Positions 37,132-46,852 of a stretch of DNA of 64,000 nucleotides are shown piece by piece (the first letter of the stretch is position 1; every line of letters starts with the position of its first letter). The notes beneath the pieces were generated by a model. That model was not told where the DNA came from. It worked only from the letters and a program-made list of their open reading frames with translations, and did no database searches. A program made the translations under genes and the position numbers. This stretch comes from Candidatus Kaiserbacteria bacterium (lineage in GTDB: Bacteria > Patescibacteriota > Minisyncoccia > Phycocordibacterales > UBA2100). The DNA is taken from contig JACRFI010000009.1 of NCBI GenBank assembly GCA_016217965.1, positions 3,144 to 67,143 on the forward strand, written 5' to 3'.

Positions 37132-37959
37132 CTATATAGCGCGGAGAAAATATCGTGCGAGTCCCACGAAACGCATCGTGCCGTGCAACATAAAGAATGG
37201 AGCCGCGTATGCTTTCCCCGCACGGATCGCTCTCCACGAATACAGAAAGGGATAACGGATAAGGAGATGGAAAAGCATCGACGGCGCCCGATTCGGGTGC
37301 TTTCTGCAAAATTCACCATCTCCTTTGCCGTACATCTGGAATTTCTTTAGGTAAATGCCAAGATCGGCAAAGTGGTGCTGGACCACTTTCGTTTTGCCCA
37401 CGCCAACTCGAAGTTCCGGAAATTTTGAGAGCCGATACATGAAATCGGTGTCATCAACGGTCGATGTTAGGCTGTCGTTAAATCGTACTTTTTTGAATAC
37501 GCTCTTTTTATAGATGGATGGCGCCGTGCTTATCATCGTTCGCGGCCCGGGCGCATTCTGCGTCAATTCCCACAACGCACCTTCTGCTCTGTGCCAATAT
37601 CCAGTATCAGAAGATGATACGAGGCCGGCCTGCACAATATCCAAATCGTATTCCACCATATCTTTGTACAACGCCTCCAAGTCCTCCTTTTTTAAGCGAT
37701 GGTCTCCATCGATCATCGCAACAAGCTCATTTCTAGCCGCATCAATACCGATCTGCCTATCGCGCGTGAGATTTGAGTTCTTGCTTACGATGGTGTGGAT
37801 GCCGGGGAATTCTCGCGCAATTGCAACCGTCTTGTCGGAAGAATTCCCATCAACAAGGATAACCTCGTCAGGGTTATTTGCATATACGCCAACGAGGCAA
37901 TCGCGTATGCGCTTCTCTTCATTGCGCACGCACACGACAACAGATAGTTTCTCTCCCAT
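37132..37959 (-). CDS. GT2 glycosyltransferase
   Basis: LSVVVCVRNEEKRI, DGNSSD, DGD motifs. Confidence 0.75.
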   Translation of the reverse strand: MGEKLSVVVCVRNEEKRIRDCLVGVYANNPDEVILVDGNSSDKTVAIAREFPGIHTIVSKNSNLTRDRQIGIDAARNELVAMIDGDHRLKKEDLEALYKDMVEYDLDIVQAGLVSSSDTGYWHRAEGALWELTQNAPGPRTMISTAPSIYKKSVFKKVRFNDSLTSTVDDTDFMYRLSKFPELRVGVGKTKVVQHHFADLGIYLKKFQMYGKGDGEFCRKHPNRAPSMLFHLLIRYPFLYSWRAIRAGKAYAAPFFMLHGTMRFVGLARYFLRAI

Positions 37960-37960
37960 A

Positions 37961-38728
37961 TTAGATTCCCTTTGAATCATGATCAGGAGGCCTCTGCACA
38001 ATATTTTTATTTATGAGAACGATGTCCGGGCGCGTTCGTAGGAATGTCACAACGTCGAGCGTAGAAAAATCGGGGTTTGTCGGATACAGCGCTTCGTATA
38101 CCGATCTAATCATGTCGTAATCCTCTTTCGTATCGAGCGTGACCCGAAGGTCCGGCCATACGAGAGTAGCCGTAGCCTGTATCGAGCCCACTTTAAATTT
38201 TTCTCGCTGAGAACGAATGGAATACCCTGCGTGTTCGCGGAGTGCCCTTTCGGTATCAACTTCTGCGGCCTTCACCAAGACGGGGAAGGCATACACGCGC
38301 ATCCCAATGCCTATAGGAAATGTCTTATCCAGTTCGCTGTCGGTACAATCGTAACCACCCTCCTCTAGAAGCTCGACGAGTTGGTCTACAAAACGCCAGT
38401 CGATCAAGGGATCGTCAGACATGCCCTGCACGAGAATATCGGCGCCGTGTTCTTTGCCCGCTGCGACGATGCGGCCGAGCACATCTTCCTCGCTGCCACG
38501 GAATACCGAGCAGCCTATTCTTTTGCAGAGTTCTTCGATCGCGTCGTCGGCAGCATTTGTGGTCGTCGCAACAACAACTTCGTCAGTCAATCTACTCCTC
38601 CGATGCCGTTCTACCACATGCTCGAGGACCGGCTTCCCTGCCATGGGAAGCAGCACTTTTCCGGGCAGCCGCGTCGATGTCATGCGTGCCTCGATGGTTG
38701 CAACGACTTTTTTGCCGTTACTTACCAT
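37961..38728 (-). CDS. Cytidylyltransferase of the CTP_transf_3 family (SpsF/CMP-NulO synthetase-like)
   Basis: VATIEARMTSTRLPGKVL, ~255 aa; resembles B. subtilis SpsF and PseF. Confidence 0.7.
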   Translation of the reverse strand: MVSNGKKVVATIEARMTSTRLPGKVLLPMAGKPVLEHVVERHRRSRLTDEVVVATTTNAADDAIEELCKRIGCSVFRGSEEDVLGRIVAAGKEHGADILVQGMSDDPLIDWRFVDQLVELLEEGGYDCTDSELDKTFPIGIGMRVYAFPVLVKAAEVDTERALREHAGYSIRSQREKFKVGSIQATATLVWPDLRVTLDTKEDYDMIRSVYEALYPTNPDFSTLDVVTFLRTRPDIVLINKNIVQRPPDHDSKGI

Positions 38729-39935
38729 AGAACGCTATCGTGTTTTTCAGAATCTTCGCCTGCCTTTCTGCCCTCGCCCAATCCCAGTAGTTCGTTTTAA
38801 ACGCGAGGATTTGGGGCTGTATTTTTTCGGCAACGGGGCACAAGCCGATCTGCCACGGCTGGTGCTTGTGTTTGTATATTTCTCCAAGAACTTTCTCCTT
38901 CCCCCCGAGATTTCTCGTTGGTTTTTGGAACATGGGCTCAAGGTAGGAGAGTTTCCACGTCGCATAAATGCCATCGCCGCCAAGCTCCATGAACTTTTTT
39001 CGAAACAGGACCCATTCTATCGAAGGATCAACAAGCCGCACCGGAAAGGCCCAATAGGAATGCGTCGCGTACGCTGGTGTCTCTTGGACCTTCAGCCACG
39101 AACAATCCCCGATCGCCTCCATAAACAGCTCCGCAACATCGATGCGCCGATCTGCAAGTTCATCGAGGTGTTCGAGCTGCCCTAGCGCGACGGCGGCACA
39201 CAGCTCTGGCATGCGATAGTTGAAACCCATCTGGACATGCCGGTTATAATTCGGATTTTGTATATCATCTTTTTTCACAATACCCTTCGCGCGCGATAAG
39301 CTCGCATAGCCGAGTCCTCCGAAGCGGCGCACCGCATCAGCGAGCTTTGGGTCGTTCGTGCACACGACCCCTCCTTCACCCCCCGTCATATGCTTTGTCG
39401 ACTGCAAGCTGAAGCTGGACATCTGTCCTATGGTCCCCACCATGCGTCCCTTGTATTTTGCCAAATAACATTGCGCATCGTCCTCAATGACAACTAGATT
39501 ATGCTTCTTGGCGATAGCCATGATCTTGCCGATATCTGGAGAAAGGCCATATAAAGCAACCGGCATGATTGCTTTTGTGCGGGGCGTAATGCATTTCTCA
39601 ATTGAAGCGGGGTCGATTTGAAATGTTCCCTCCACGACATCGGCAAATACGGGCATCGCATCTGCTTGAAGTATCGCCATGCATGTCGCCGACATTGTAA
39701 GAGGAGTTGTTATGACTTCATCCCCGGCGCGCACGCCTGCGGCAAAAAGCGCAGAATGGAGAGATGCCGTTCCGTTCACCTGAGCAACGGCATACTTGGT
39801 GCCTACCTTTTTTGCGAATTCCTTTTCAAATCGTCCGAGTATCCCGCTGTTCTTCGAATTAGAGAAATCTGTCGCGAGGACTTCCTCGACATACCTACGC
39901 TCCGCTTTGCCGATACGGCGGATCTTTTTCTTCAT
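38718..39935 (-). CDS. DegT/DnrJ/EryC1/StrS-family aminotransferase (SpsC-like)
   Basis: NGTASLHSAL and ...LQSTKHMTGGEGG. Confidence 0.85.
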   Translation of the reverse strand: MKKKIRRIGKAERRYVEEVLATDFSNSKNSGILGRFEKEFAKKVGTKYAVAQVNGTASLHSALFAAGVRAGDEVITTPLTMSATCMAILQADAMPVFADVVEGTFQIDPASIEKCITPRTKAIMPVALYGLSPDIGKIMAIAKKHNLVVIEDDAQCYLAKYKGRMVGTIGQMSSFSLQSTKHMTGGEGGVVCTNDPKLADAVRRFGGLGYASLSRAKGIVKKDDIQNPNYNRHVQMGFNYRMPELCAAVALGQLEHLDELADRRIDVAELFMEAIGDCSWLKVQETPAYATHSYWAFPVRLVDPSIEWVLFRKKFMELGGDGIYATWKLSYLEPMFQKPTRNLGGKEKVLGEIYKHKHQPWQIGLCPVAEKIQPQILAFKTNYWDWARAERQAKILKNTIAFYGK

Positions 39936-39971
39936 TGCTGCAGGATACCATCGGCCTTCCCTCCCTGCCAC

Positions 39972-41024
39972 TCAAGCGCGTATGCCGTACATTGACCGCA
40001 ATTTCTTAAGTTGCGGCAAGAACTTCTTTGTGTTTTTTAAAAGGGATCCCCTCCCATCCGCAATACCGATAATGGCACGTGGTTTTCGTATGTCATCAAC
40101 AATTATTTCTCCGTATCCGCCGAGGAGACCGAGAGAAACGAGCCGTATGTTATGCCCTTTGATGGAACGGCGGCCAAGTGATTTTCCATAGTGTGCAGCC
40201 GTTTCGAGCAATGCAGAGAAGTTGTGTTTCTGGACCATTGATACGTCGATGCGATACACCACGTACTGCCCCCCTTTCGTTACGTCGCTTCGAAAACATC
40301 CCTTTCCGACATCGATGAGAATGGGCGCAGCGCTTCTATCCAATTCCTTGAGATGCTCACCTCCAATAATGCCGCGCGAATCCGCTGCTGCGATAACTGC
40401 GTTTGCCCCCTTACAGGCGTCTTTGATGCTTTTCGCTGCGCTGATTGGGGAAATTGTGTGTTCCGATTTAATGAGATTGAGGCCGGCTACAATAGTTTTT
40501 AACTTTTTCTGGTCGCGGCGATAGCCTCGCACATATGCACCGCGCTCCACGAGCTTCAACGCGATCTTGGCGCCGATGTTGCCAAACCCTATGACCGCGA
40601 TGTTCTTTCCCCCAACATCACCCGGTATCTGCCCCAAAAGAAAATCAATAGCCTCGACCGTGAGGTCATTGCCTTTGTACGTGACGATAGTCGATTTGCC
40701 CACTGCTTGCCGGACATGCCGCTCAATATTGCCGACATCATTTCTCCCATAATATAATTTCTCGACCTTCTTTTCTGAATCCAGAATGATGTAATCAACC
40801 TTGCCATCCACCATTCTCGCTATCCGGACTGCCGTAGAAACATCGCGGACGATAACCCCGCCATATACAAGCGTGTGTGTTTCCCGTAGCGGCGTCTCGT
40901 AATATCTGCCGCGCTCGAAGAGCCCGGAGGTGTTGCCTATCACAAATCCAGTTGGCCGCCTTCCTGCCCGCGCCTTCACATTTTTTACTATTCTCTCTAC
41001 CTTTTTCTGCATACCAGGCTGCAC
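39972..41024 (-). CDS. NAD(P)-binding Rossmann-fold oxidoreductase, function unknown
   Basis: GxGxxG motif IAVIGFGNIGAKIALKL. No further family assignment possible. Confidence 0.45.
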   Translation of the reverse strand: MQPGMQKKVERIVKNVKARAGRRPTGFVIGNTSGLFERGRYYETPLRETHTLVYGGVIVRDVSTAVRIARMVDGKVDYIILDSEKKVEKLYYGRNDVGNIERHVRQAVGKSTIVTYKGNDLTVEAIDFLLGQIPGDVGGKNIAVIGFGNIGAKIALKLVERGAYVRGYRRDQKKLKTIVAGLNLIKSEHTISPISAAKSIKDACKGANAVIAAADSRGIIGGEHLKELDRSAAPILIDVGKGCFRSDVTKGGQYVVYRIDVSMVQKHNFSALLETAAHYGKSLGRRSIKGHNIRLVSLGLLGGYGEIIVDDIRKPRAIIGIADGRGSLLKNTKKFLPQLKKLRSMYGIRA

Positions 41025-41025
41025 G

Positions 41026-43440
41026 CTAGATACTATCCCACTCTATTGGATGGTCTTTTTGTATCGCCCTCTTTGCGCGCCTGCCGATGACTATATCAAT
41101 ATATTTTGGGAGCACCCCACCACCCGGCCCTTTCACGGCAAGCATGTTCCTCGTTATTTTCTCTTCTTTTTTAATATCAACGGCAGCATACAAGCTCTTC
41201 TTGAAACGATTGATCGTCTCGCGCTCGCTCCCAAGTATCACCTTTTGAGGAGATCCTTTGATAGCAGGAATAAGATTGCTAAGCCGTACGAGTTCCTTCA
41301 TCTCTTCCGGGTCCGACGAAAGTATATGGTCCGGCCCCTCCATGAACCTATCCAATGTAAAATGGCGCTCTATGACTCGGGCGCCGAGGGCGAGGGCAAC
41401 CGATGCTGCGGTAAGTCCTATAGAATGGTCCGAGAATCCAACCGGAACTCCAAATGCCTTTCGGAGAGTTCCCATCACTTCCAAATTCATGTCCTGTGGC
41501 GCCGCAGGGTAGCTTGAGACGCAGTGGAGCAATATGAGATTTTTGTTCCCCGAATCTCGGACGACGTTCACCGCATCTTCAATTTGCCCGAACGTCGACA
41601 TGCCGGTCGAGATAATGAGCGGCTTCCCGGTCTTTGCAACTTTTTTGATGAGCGGCAGATTCACAAGGTCCATTGATGAGATCTTGTAGAACTGGACGCC
41701 GAGAGATTCGAGGAGGTCCACGCTCTTCTCATCGAAAGGCGTCGAGAAGATCTCGATGCCTTTTTTCTTCGCGTGCGCAAACATCGCCTCGTGGTCTTCT
41801 TTGCGCAGCTCGAGCCGAGATAGCATGCTGTGCGTCGACTCTTCGAGCTCTATTAATTCCTCCGCATACCGATTGCCCTTCACTTTCTTAGAAACCCGGC
41901 CGCTTGCTTCGTAGGTTTGGAACTTGACCGCACTGCAGCCAACCTCTTTTGCCTTGTCTATAAGTTCGAGCGCCAAGGCAAGGCTTCCATTATGGTTAAG
42001 CCCGGCTTCCGCAATAATGAACGCAGGATTCTCCGACGATACGACGTGCTTCCCGAGCCTGACCGATTGGTTAAATGAGAATGCCGTGTCCTCCTTGATA
42101 AGCTCGCGACTCTCCTCTCTCTCTTCCGAGGCGAGCCTTTCTGCGAGATCAGTCCCGCGAATATAAAGGATCTGCAAGTCGTCATATCGAAAGTCGCCCC
42201 CTGTCCCGATGCAGTAAAGCTGCTTGAAGCTGGCCAGGCGGCTACGCACCTCGACAAGCTCCGGCTCGCTTCCTCGCACAAGAAGCGGATATACGTACGG
42301 CAGCGAGACTACTGTTGCAGCTTCTAGTTCATCTTCCTTAGCGAGCCCAACTTTGACGATGTCCCGCATCGCGCGCTCTTGTATTTTTTTCGAATCAGAG
42401 GCATCGAGCGAATCTCCCTTTGTGTATGCTATCTCACAGGTAAGGACCGTCTTGTCCTTGGGAAATCCGTTAGCACAGAATTTCTTTTGCTCGCTCACAC
42501 GGTGGAAGAGTATGTCCGGTGCATCGTAGTAGAGGAAATTTGCTTTGCCGGGGATTGCTTCGCGCTTCTTAAGGGCAACAAACACCAATTTCGCACCTCG
42601 ATACCCGAGCGTATTTCTGATGCCAAGCTGTTTTGTGAGTTGCGGAATTGGGATGGTCGAGACGATCGTGTCATGAGGCGAGAGGGCGATCTTTTTTTTG
42701 CCCATCTCTACCCTGCTGATGATGCCATTTGAATGCGTAAAACCCGTCACTGCTGTTTTTAGAAGAAGTGTTCCACCGGCTTTCTTGAATTTCTCTGCCA
42801 TGCGCTCTAACACCTTGCCCGAGCCGTATTTTCCGACGGCACTCCACTGCCCCGCGTGAAAATGTTCATCACTTGTCCTAAATGTCACGCGCTTTGGAGC
42901 CCAGTTTGCGGTCATTTTTCCTATCGGCACGCCCCACAACTTCTGCGGATACCGAATAAAGAAATATTCCATGAGGGTCGGGCCCACCAACTCGCGGACA
43001 TATTCAGCATAGCTTTTTGCCCGCGCCCGGCGAGATTCGTCTAGGCGAGATAGCTCATGCACTATCTTTTTGCGCATCTCCGATGGGAATTTCTTTAAAG
43101 ACTCGAATGAAAGTGGGTAGTCGAAATACTGGTCGAATTTCTCGCCCTTAACATTCTTTCCCCAGAATTCGTTCTTGTGGAACAGGTCGCCATATTCTCT
43201 CTCCCATATTTCTTCCATCTTTTTGTCGGGAGTGTGGTAAATGTGCGGGCCGTAGTCGAGGTGTTTGAATTCCCTCCACGAGAAACTCCCCGCGAGCCCG
43301 CCGACCGCGGCCTCCTTTTCAATGAGGGTGGTTTTGACACCCAACTCCGCGAGCCGAAGTGCCGTTGCAAGCCCACTCATGCCCGCCCCAAGTACATACA
43401 CTTTTTTGGCCTGAGGAGAGTCCGCTTTCCGGCGATTCAT
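41026..43440 (-). CDS. Fusion protein: N-terminal UDP-galactopyranose mutase-like FAD enzyme (~430 aa) + C-terminal NeuB/SpsE-like nonulosonic acid synthase (~370 aa)
   Basis: N-terminus: VYVLGAGMSGLA (FAD GxGxxG), YGPHIYHT (compare Glf YGAHIFHT), C-terminal GGDFRYDDLQ (compare Glf GRLAEYKYYDMDQ). C-terminus: FIIAEAGLNHNGS, KFQT and SAF domain. Single uninterrupted 804-aa ORF. Confidence 0.75.
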   Translation of the reverse strand: MNRRKADSPQAKKVYVLGAGMSGLATALRLAELGVKTTLIEKEAAVGGLAGSFSWREFKHLDYGPHIYHTPDKKMEEIWEREYGDLFHKNEFWGKNVKGEKFDQYFDYPLSFESLKKFPSEMRKKIVHELSRLDESRRARAKSYAEYVRELVGPTLMEYFFIRYPQKLWGVPIGKMTANWAPKRVTFRTSDEHFHAGQWSAVGKYGSGKVLERMAEKFKKAGGTLLLKTAVTGFTHSNGIISRVEMGKKKIALSPHDTIVSTIPIPQLTKQLGIRNTLGYRGAKLVFVALKKREAIPGKANFLYYDAPDILFHRVSEQKKFCANGFPKDKTVLTCEIAYTKGDSLDASDSKKIQERAMRDIVKVGLAKEDELEAATVVSLPYVYPLLVRGSEPELVEVRSRLASFKQLYCIGTGGDFRYDDLQILYIRGTDLAERLASEEREESRELIKEDTAFSFNQSVRLGKHVVSSENPAFIIAEAGLNHNGSLALALELIDKAKEVGCSAVKFQTYEASGRVSKKVKGNRYAEELIELEESTHSMLSRLELRKEDHEAMFAHAKKKGIEIFSTPFDEKSVDLLESLGVQFYKISSMDLVNLPLIKKVAKTGKPLIISTGMSTFGQIEDAVNVVRDSGNKNLILLHCVSSYPAAPQDMNLEVMGTLRKAFGVPVGFSDHSIGLTAASVALALGARVIERHFTLDRFMEGPDHILSSDPEEMKELVRLSNLIPAIKGSPQKVILGSERETINRFKKSLYAAVDIKKEEKITRNMLAVKGPGGGVLPKYIDIVIGRRAKRAIQKDHPIEWDSI

Positions 43441-43521
43441 CTGCCATTTTTTACATTAAAAATCAGGCCACGTCAATGGAAATGAACCGCTTGATATATT
43501 CTCAAGAATAGCCGACGGACC
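43441..43521. promoter_or_regulatory. Divergent promoter spacer
   Basis: 81 bp between the divergent fusion gene and the methyltransferase. Confidence 0.2.
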
Positions 43522-44544
43522 ATGAAATTCATCAGATACAATGAGGTTTATATGACCGACCAAGGAACAGCGAAATTCGACAGAGGTTACGCGAAGCAAT
43601 ATGACGCGCTTTCAGGAGATATACGCGCGTATGAGGCGTTTGCCAAGACGCTCGCAGGAAGACTCCTCGATCATATGCCCAACGCCAAAGAAGTATTGGA
43701 GATTGGGACCGGGACCGGAAACTCTGCACTTGTACTTCTGGAGTCAGCTCCCTTTCTCGAACAAGTCTACGGCATGGAAATCGAGGATTTTATTTTGCTT
43801 GCGCGCGCAAAGCAAAAGAATGCGGTGAGTAGGCTCTTTTCCCCCCAACGATCACCTGCCTACAGCCGCGAAGTTCAGGAACGCTTGCAGGCGCACAAAC
43901 ACAAGCTTCATCTTATAAAGGCAAGGGGAGAAGCAATACCGATCAAGGACGGAACCGTGGATGCCGTATTCATGAATCAAGTCTTTCATTGGCTCAACGC
44001 TGAAGAAGCACTGAGAGAGATTGGCAGAGTACTGAAACCGGATGGGCTTCTTGTTTTTGATGAAAGCGAGTTTCAGTTTGACTTTGGCGATACAGTTGAA
44101 GGGCGGCAGATTAAAAAAGAGCAGATCGTTGATCACCCGTTCATAAAACTGTTTCAAAAAATATTTAACCAAGAACTGGAACAGCAGGGTATAGTTGTGG
44201 ACGTCAAGCCATTCCAATATCTTTTTACACTCGACACACTTCGGGCTCTGTTGGAAAAGAATGGGTTCGAAATTGTGCCAAACTCGGCAGGGGATCCGTA
44301 CACAATCACAACTGTTCGTTACAATCTCACGCAGGTAATGAGTTTCGCCGAAAAAGGTGCACGGATGAGAATCATGAGGCAAATGCCAGACCTTCTCAAG
44401 ATGCCTGGTCTTGTCGACAAAATTGTTGCCGCAGCCATGCGAAAAACAAAACGTGAGTGGAGCAAATTGCCGCATCGTGACGAAGGCTTGTACGGACCGA
44501 GCCAAGCAGCATTCGTGGCGCGGAAAATTGTCCACACCGCTTAA
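43522..44544 (+). CDS. Class I SAM-dependent methyltransferase
   Basis: EIGTGTGNS motif I, Methyltransf_11/12-like. Confidence 0.65.
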   Translation: MKFIRYNEVYMTDQGTAKFDRGYAKQYDALSGDIRAYEAFAKTLAGRLLDHMPNAKEVLEIGTGTGNSALVLLESAPFLEQVYGMEIEDFILLARAKQKNAVSRLFSPQRSPAYSREVQERLQAHKHKLHLIKARGEAIPIKDGTVDAVFMNQVFHWLNAEEALREIGRVLKPDGLLVFDESEFQFDFGDTVEGRQIKKEQIVDHPFIKLFQKIFNQELEQQGIVVDVKPFQYLFTLDTLRALLEKNGFEIVPNSAGDPYTITTVRYNLTQVMSFAEKGARMRIMRQMPDLLKMPGLVDKIVAAAMRKTKREWSKLPHRDEGLYGPSQAAFVARKIVHTA

Positions 44545-44562
44545 CATCTCGATTTGCCAGAA

Positions 44563-45375
44563 TTATTTCTTAGCCAGCGCACAGAGCGCGAGGCCTGCGC
44601 CGGAAGCGTCCTCCGTCTCCGATACATCAGCTAGTTCTTTGGGAGATGAGACACGAGTCCAGCCCTCCGGCGTGTTCTTGAAAAAGAGTTCTTCTGCGAC
44701 ACTGAAGCGCGCGTCCCCCACAAGCTCATTCCAACTCTTCTCCTCGTATTCCCACTCAGAAAAATAAAATCCGAGGCTGTCTTTCATGATTATTGGCCCA
44801 CCCTTTCCCATCGGGACCGTGATGAGCGCCTTTCCGCCCTTCCTCAGCGCTACATGGAAATTGTTCAGCACCTTTCTATTCACTTCCGTGTCACGAGATG
44901 TGTGCACGTCCTCCTTCTTCCGAGGCCTTTCGAACGCGCTTCCCTCTACACTCGTCGAGGGCGCATCGTATCCAATGTGCTCTATGGTTGATATGCACGT
45001 CACGACATCATACTTCTCGTTGGGCAGCTGCATCGAACGTATATCTCCTATCATGATGGGAACCGAAAGAATATCTTCTAACCATTCAGTCGGATACCGA
45101 GATTGAACGCTCTCCGGCTTGATAATGTCCGCAGCTTCGAGCATTACGCCATATTTCTTTTTCGCCTCAAGCAGCATGCCAAGACAGTCTTTGCTCCCGA
45201 GGCTGATGCCAATATCAAGGAGTGTGTCTCCCTTTTTTATGTGAGACGCTATCCAAGGAACTTCGATAGAACGTGACGTCCATCCTTTTCCTCGGAAGCC
45301 AGATGATTCAAACTTTCTCTTCCCACCCAATATCTCCTTTGCCTCTTCAAGGCTCGCTGTTTCTTCTGGATTCAT
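44563..45375 (-). CDS. Putative methyltransferase-like protein (divergent class I MT fold)
   Basis: LLDIGISLGS, D-x-x-x-x-T-C-I-S-T-I-E-H. Start placed at the internal Met so the gene does not overlap the conserved hairpin repeat. Confidence 0.4.
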   Translation of the reverse strand: MNPEETASLEEAKEILGGKRKFESSGFRGKGWTSRSIEVPWIASHIKKGDTLLDIGISLGSKDCLGMLLEAKKKYGVMLEAADIIKPESVQSRYPTEWLEDILSVPIMIGDIRSMQLPNEKYDVVTCISTIEHIGYDAPSTSVEGSAFERPRKKEDVHTSRDTEVNRKVLNNFHVALRKGGKALITVPMGKGGPIIMKDSLGFYFSEWEYEEKSWNELVGDARFSVAEELFFKNTPEGWTRVSSPKELADVSETEDASGAGLALCALAKK

Positions 45376-45379
45376 CGCG

Positions 45380-45422
45380 GAAGTATACCCCCACACCTTT
45401 TAGAATAAAAGGTGTGGGGGTA
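45380..45422. repeat. 43-bp hairpin repeat (copy 2 of 2), identical to 13335-13377
   Basis: GAAGTATACCCCCACACCTTTTAGAATAAAAGGTGTGGGGGTA. Confidence 0.85.
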
Positions 45423-45434
45423 GCCTCGCGCTTG

Positions 45435-46850
45435 CTATTCCTTTCCTATACGCTCAAGCGCCGATCGCGCAAATGCTTTCATTTCCTCCTCCAGGCTCAT
45501 GCGCAGCACCTTATCACCCACGTTCGTGCGCACCCCAACAGTTTCGAGTGCCTTTAGAAATGCAAGTGCGCCCTCTTTCGTGACTTTTTTTCCCGCCTTC
45601 ACCTCTTCAAAGATCCGCTCGCAATCCTCGACGCTCTGCACTCGCACGACTCCCGGGCAGTCCCGGTACCACACAGCACCGAAGATGAGCGCATGCTTCC
45701 CCCGCACCACTGCCTCCACACCAACGCTGCCCGTGATCGTCGCGACTGCCAGGGACGCTTCGACAAGTTGCCGCACTGGCATATTCGTCGGAACCAGGCG
45801 TACGCGAGGAATGGCAGCAAGGCGACGATAGTAACCTCTGTAACGCGCGCTGCTGTAACGTGTTTTAGTGCGCAAGAGCCACTGCGACGGATGCTCCTTT
45901 ATGTAGAGCTCCCATCCTTCAGGCAGAGCTGCTGCAAGAGTCTCAGCTGCCAATATTTGGTCATGGAATACTCCTCCTTGCGGAGAAGAGCTTCTCTCTG
46001 GCTGGAAGTTGAGCGCAAAAAAGACGAACGGCTTCGTCAGGTCTGCCGGCCGCACCACGTCTCGATATTCACTGCGAAGATCTTTCACGACTGATCGGCT
46101 CACGAAATTCCAAACGAGCGGAAGAAGCGTGCCATTGCGGAGCGCCCGCAAGGCAGCAAAAAAACGGATGCGTGCCAGCGTAAAACCGGCTGCTCGGGCT
46201 TTTTGGTCTTGTATATACCAAATAGGCGTGTCCCCGCGAGATACGATTTCGTTCCAATACGTGTGCATTTCTTCGCCCAAGTCATCCACTGTAATGTTCT
46301 TCTTGAGATTCTCTCGCACCGCAGAAGTAAGTTCTGTATTTCCTTCCCACACATCGCTGTACCCCACGACGCGACCTGCGGCTAACGTCCCCTCAAACAT
46401 CACGCTCCGTATGCCACGAACTTTTGCAAGTTCCCACACCACATTGCTGTAAAGCGAATGGGGCACGTCGTTAAAAACGAGTGCATCAGGCTTCAATCTA
46501 TCGAGAACAGCGCTCCAGTAACTGAGCATCGTGTAGTAGACGTGTTTTCTTTCATCGACAGGCGCACCGTCGTAGTGTTTGTTCATCATCGTCAGGATTT
46601 CTGACTCTAGCCGATACATCGAGGCAATATCGTGCGCGTTCGGAGGAAAAAATACCTCATCCTTGTATGCCTCCGCTGGCTTCGCGTCCCACGCATCGTA
46701 GTGGTCATGGAACACAGTGCCTTTTGGTGTGAGGTGCGACACGGAATGCTCGCCCACCCAGTACACGATCTCGTGTCCGGCGTTCTCGATCTCGTCAAGC
46801 AGAACTTTTATTTCAGGGAGAGAGGTCGGCCAAACGAGCAGTATCTTCAT
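45435..46850 (-). CDS. Capsule_synth family protein (KpsS/KpsC-like), paralog 2
   Basis: ITGSVGVEAVVRGKHALIFGAVWYRDC, KEHPSQ, KPFVFFALNFQPE. Confidence 0.5.
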   Translation of the reverse strand: MKILLVWPTSLPEIKVLLDEIENAGHEIVYWVGEHSVSHLTPKGTVFHDHYDAWDAKPAEAYKDEVFFPPNAHDIASMYRLESEILTMMNKHYDGAPVDERKHVYYTMLSYWSAVLDRLKPDALVFNDVPHSLYSNVVWELAKVRGIRSVMFEGTLAAGRVVGYSDVWEGNTELTSAVRENLKKNITVDDLGEEMHTYWNEIVSRGDTPIWYIQDQKARAAGFTLARIRFFAALRALRNGTLLPLVWNFVSRSVVKDLRSEYRDVVRPADLTKPFVFFALNFQPERSSSPQGGVFHDQILAAETLAAALPEGWELYIKEHPSQWLLRTKTRYSSARYRGYYRRLAAIPRVRLVPTNMPVRQLVEASLAVATITGSVGVEAVVRGKHALIFGAVWYRDCPGVVRVQSVEDCERIFEEVKAGKKVTKEGALAFLKALETVGVRTNVGDKVLRMSLEEEMKAFARSALERIGKE

Positions 46851-46852
46851 GG

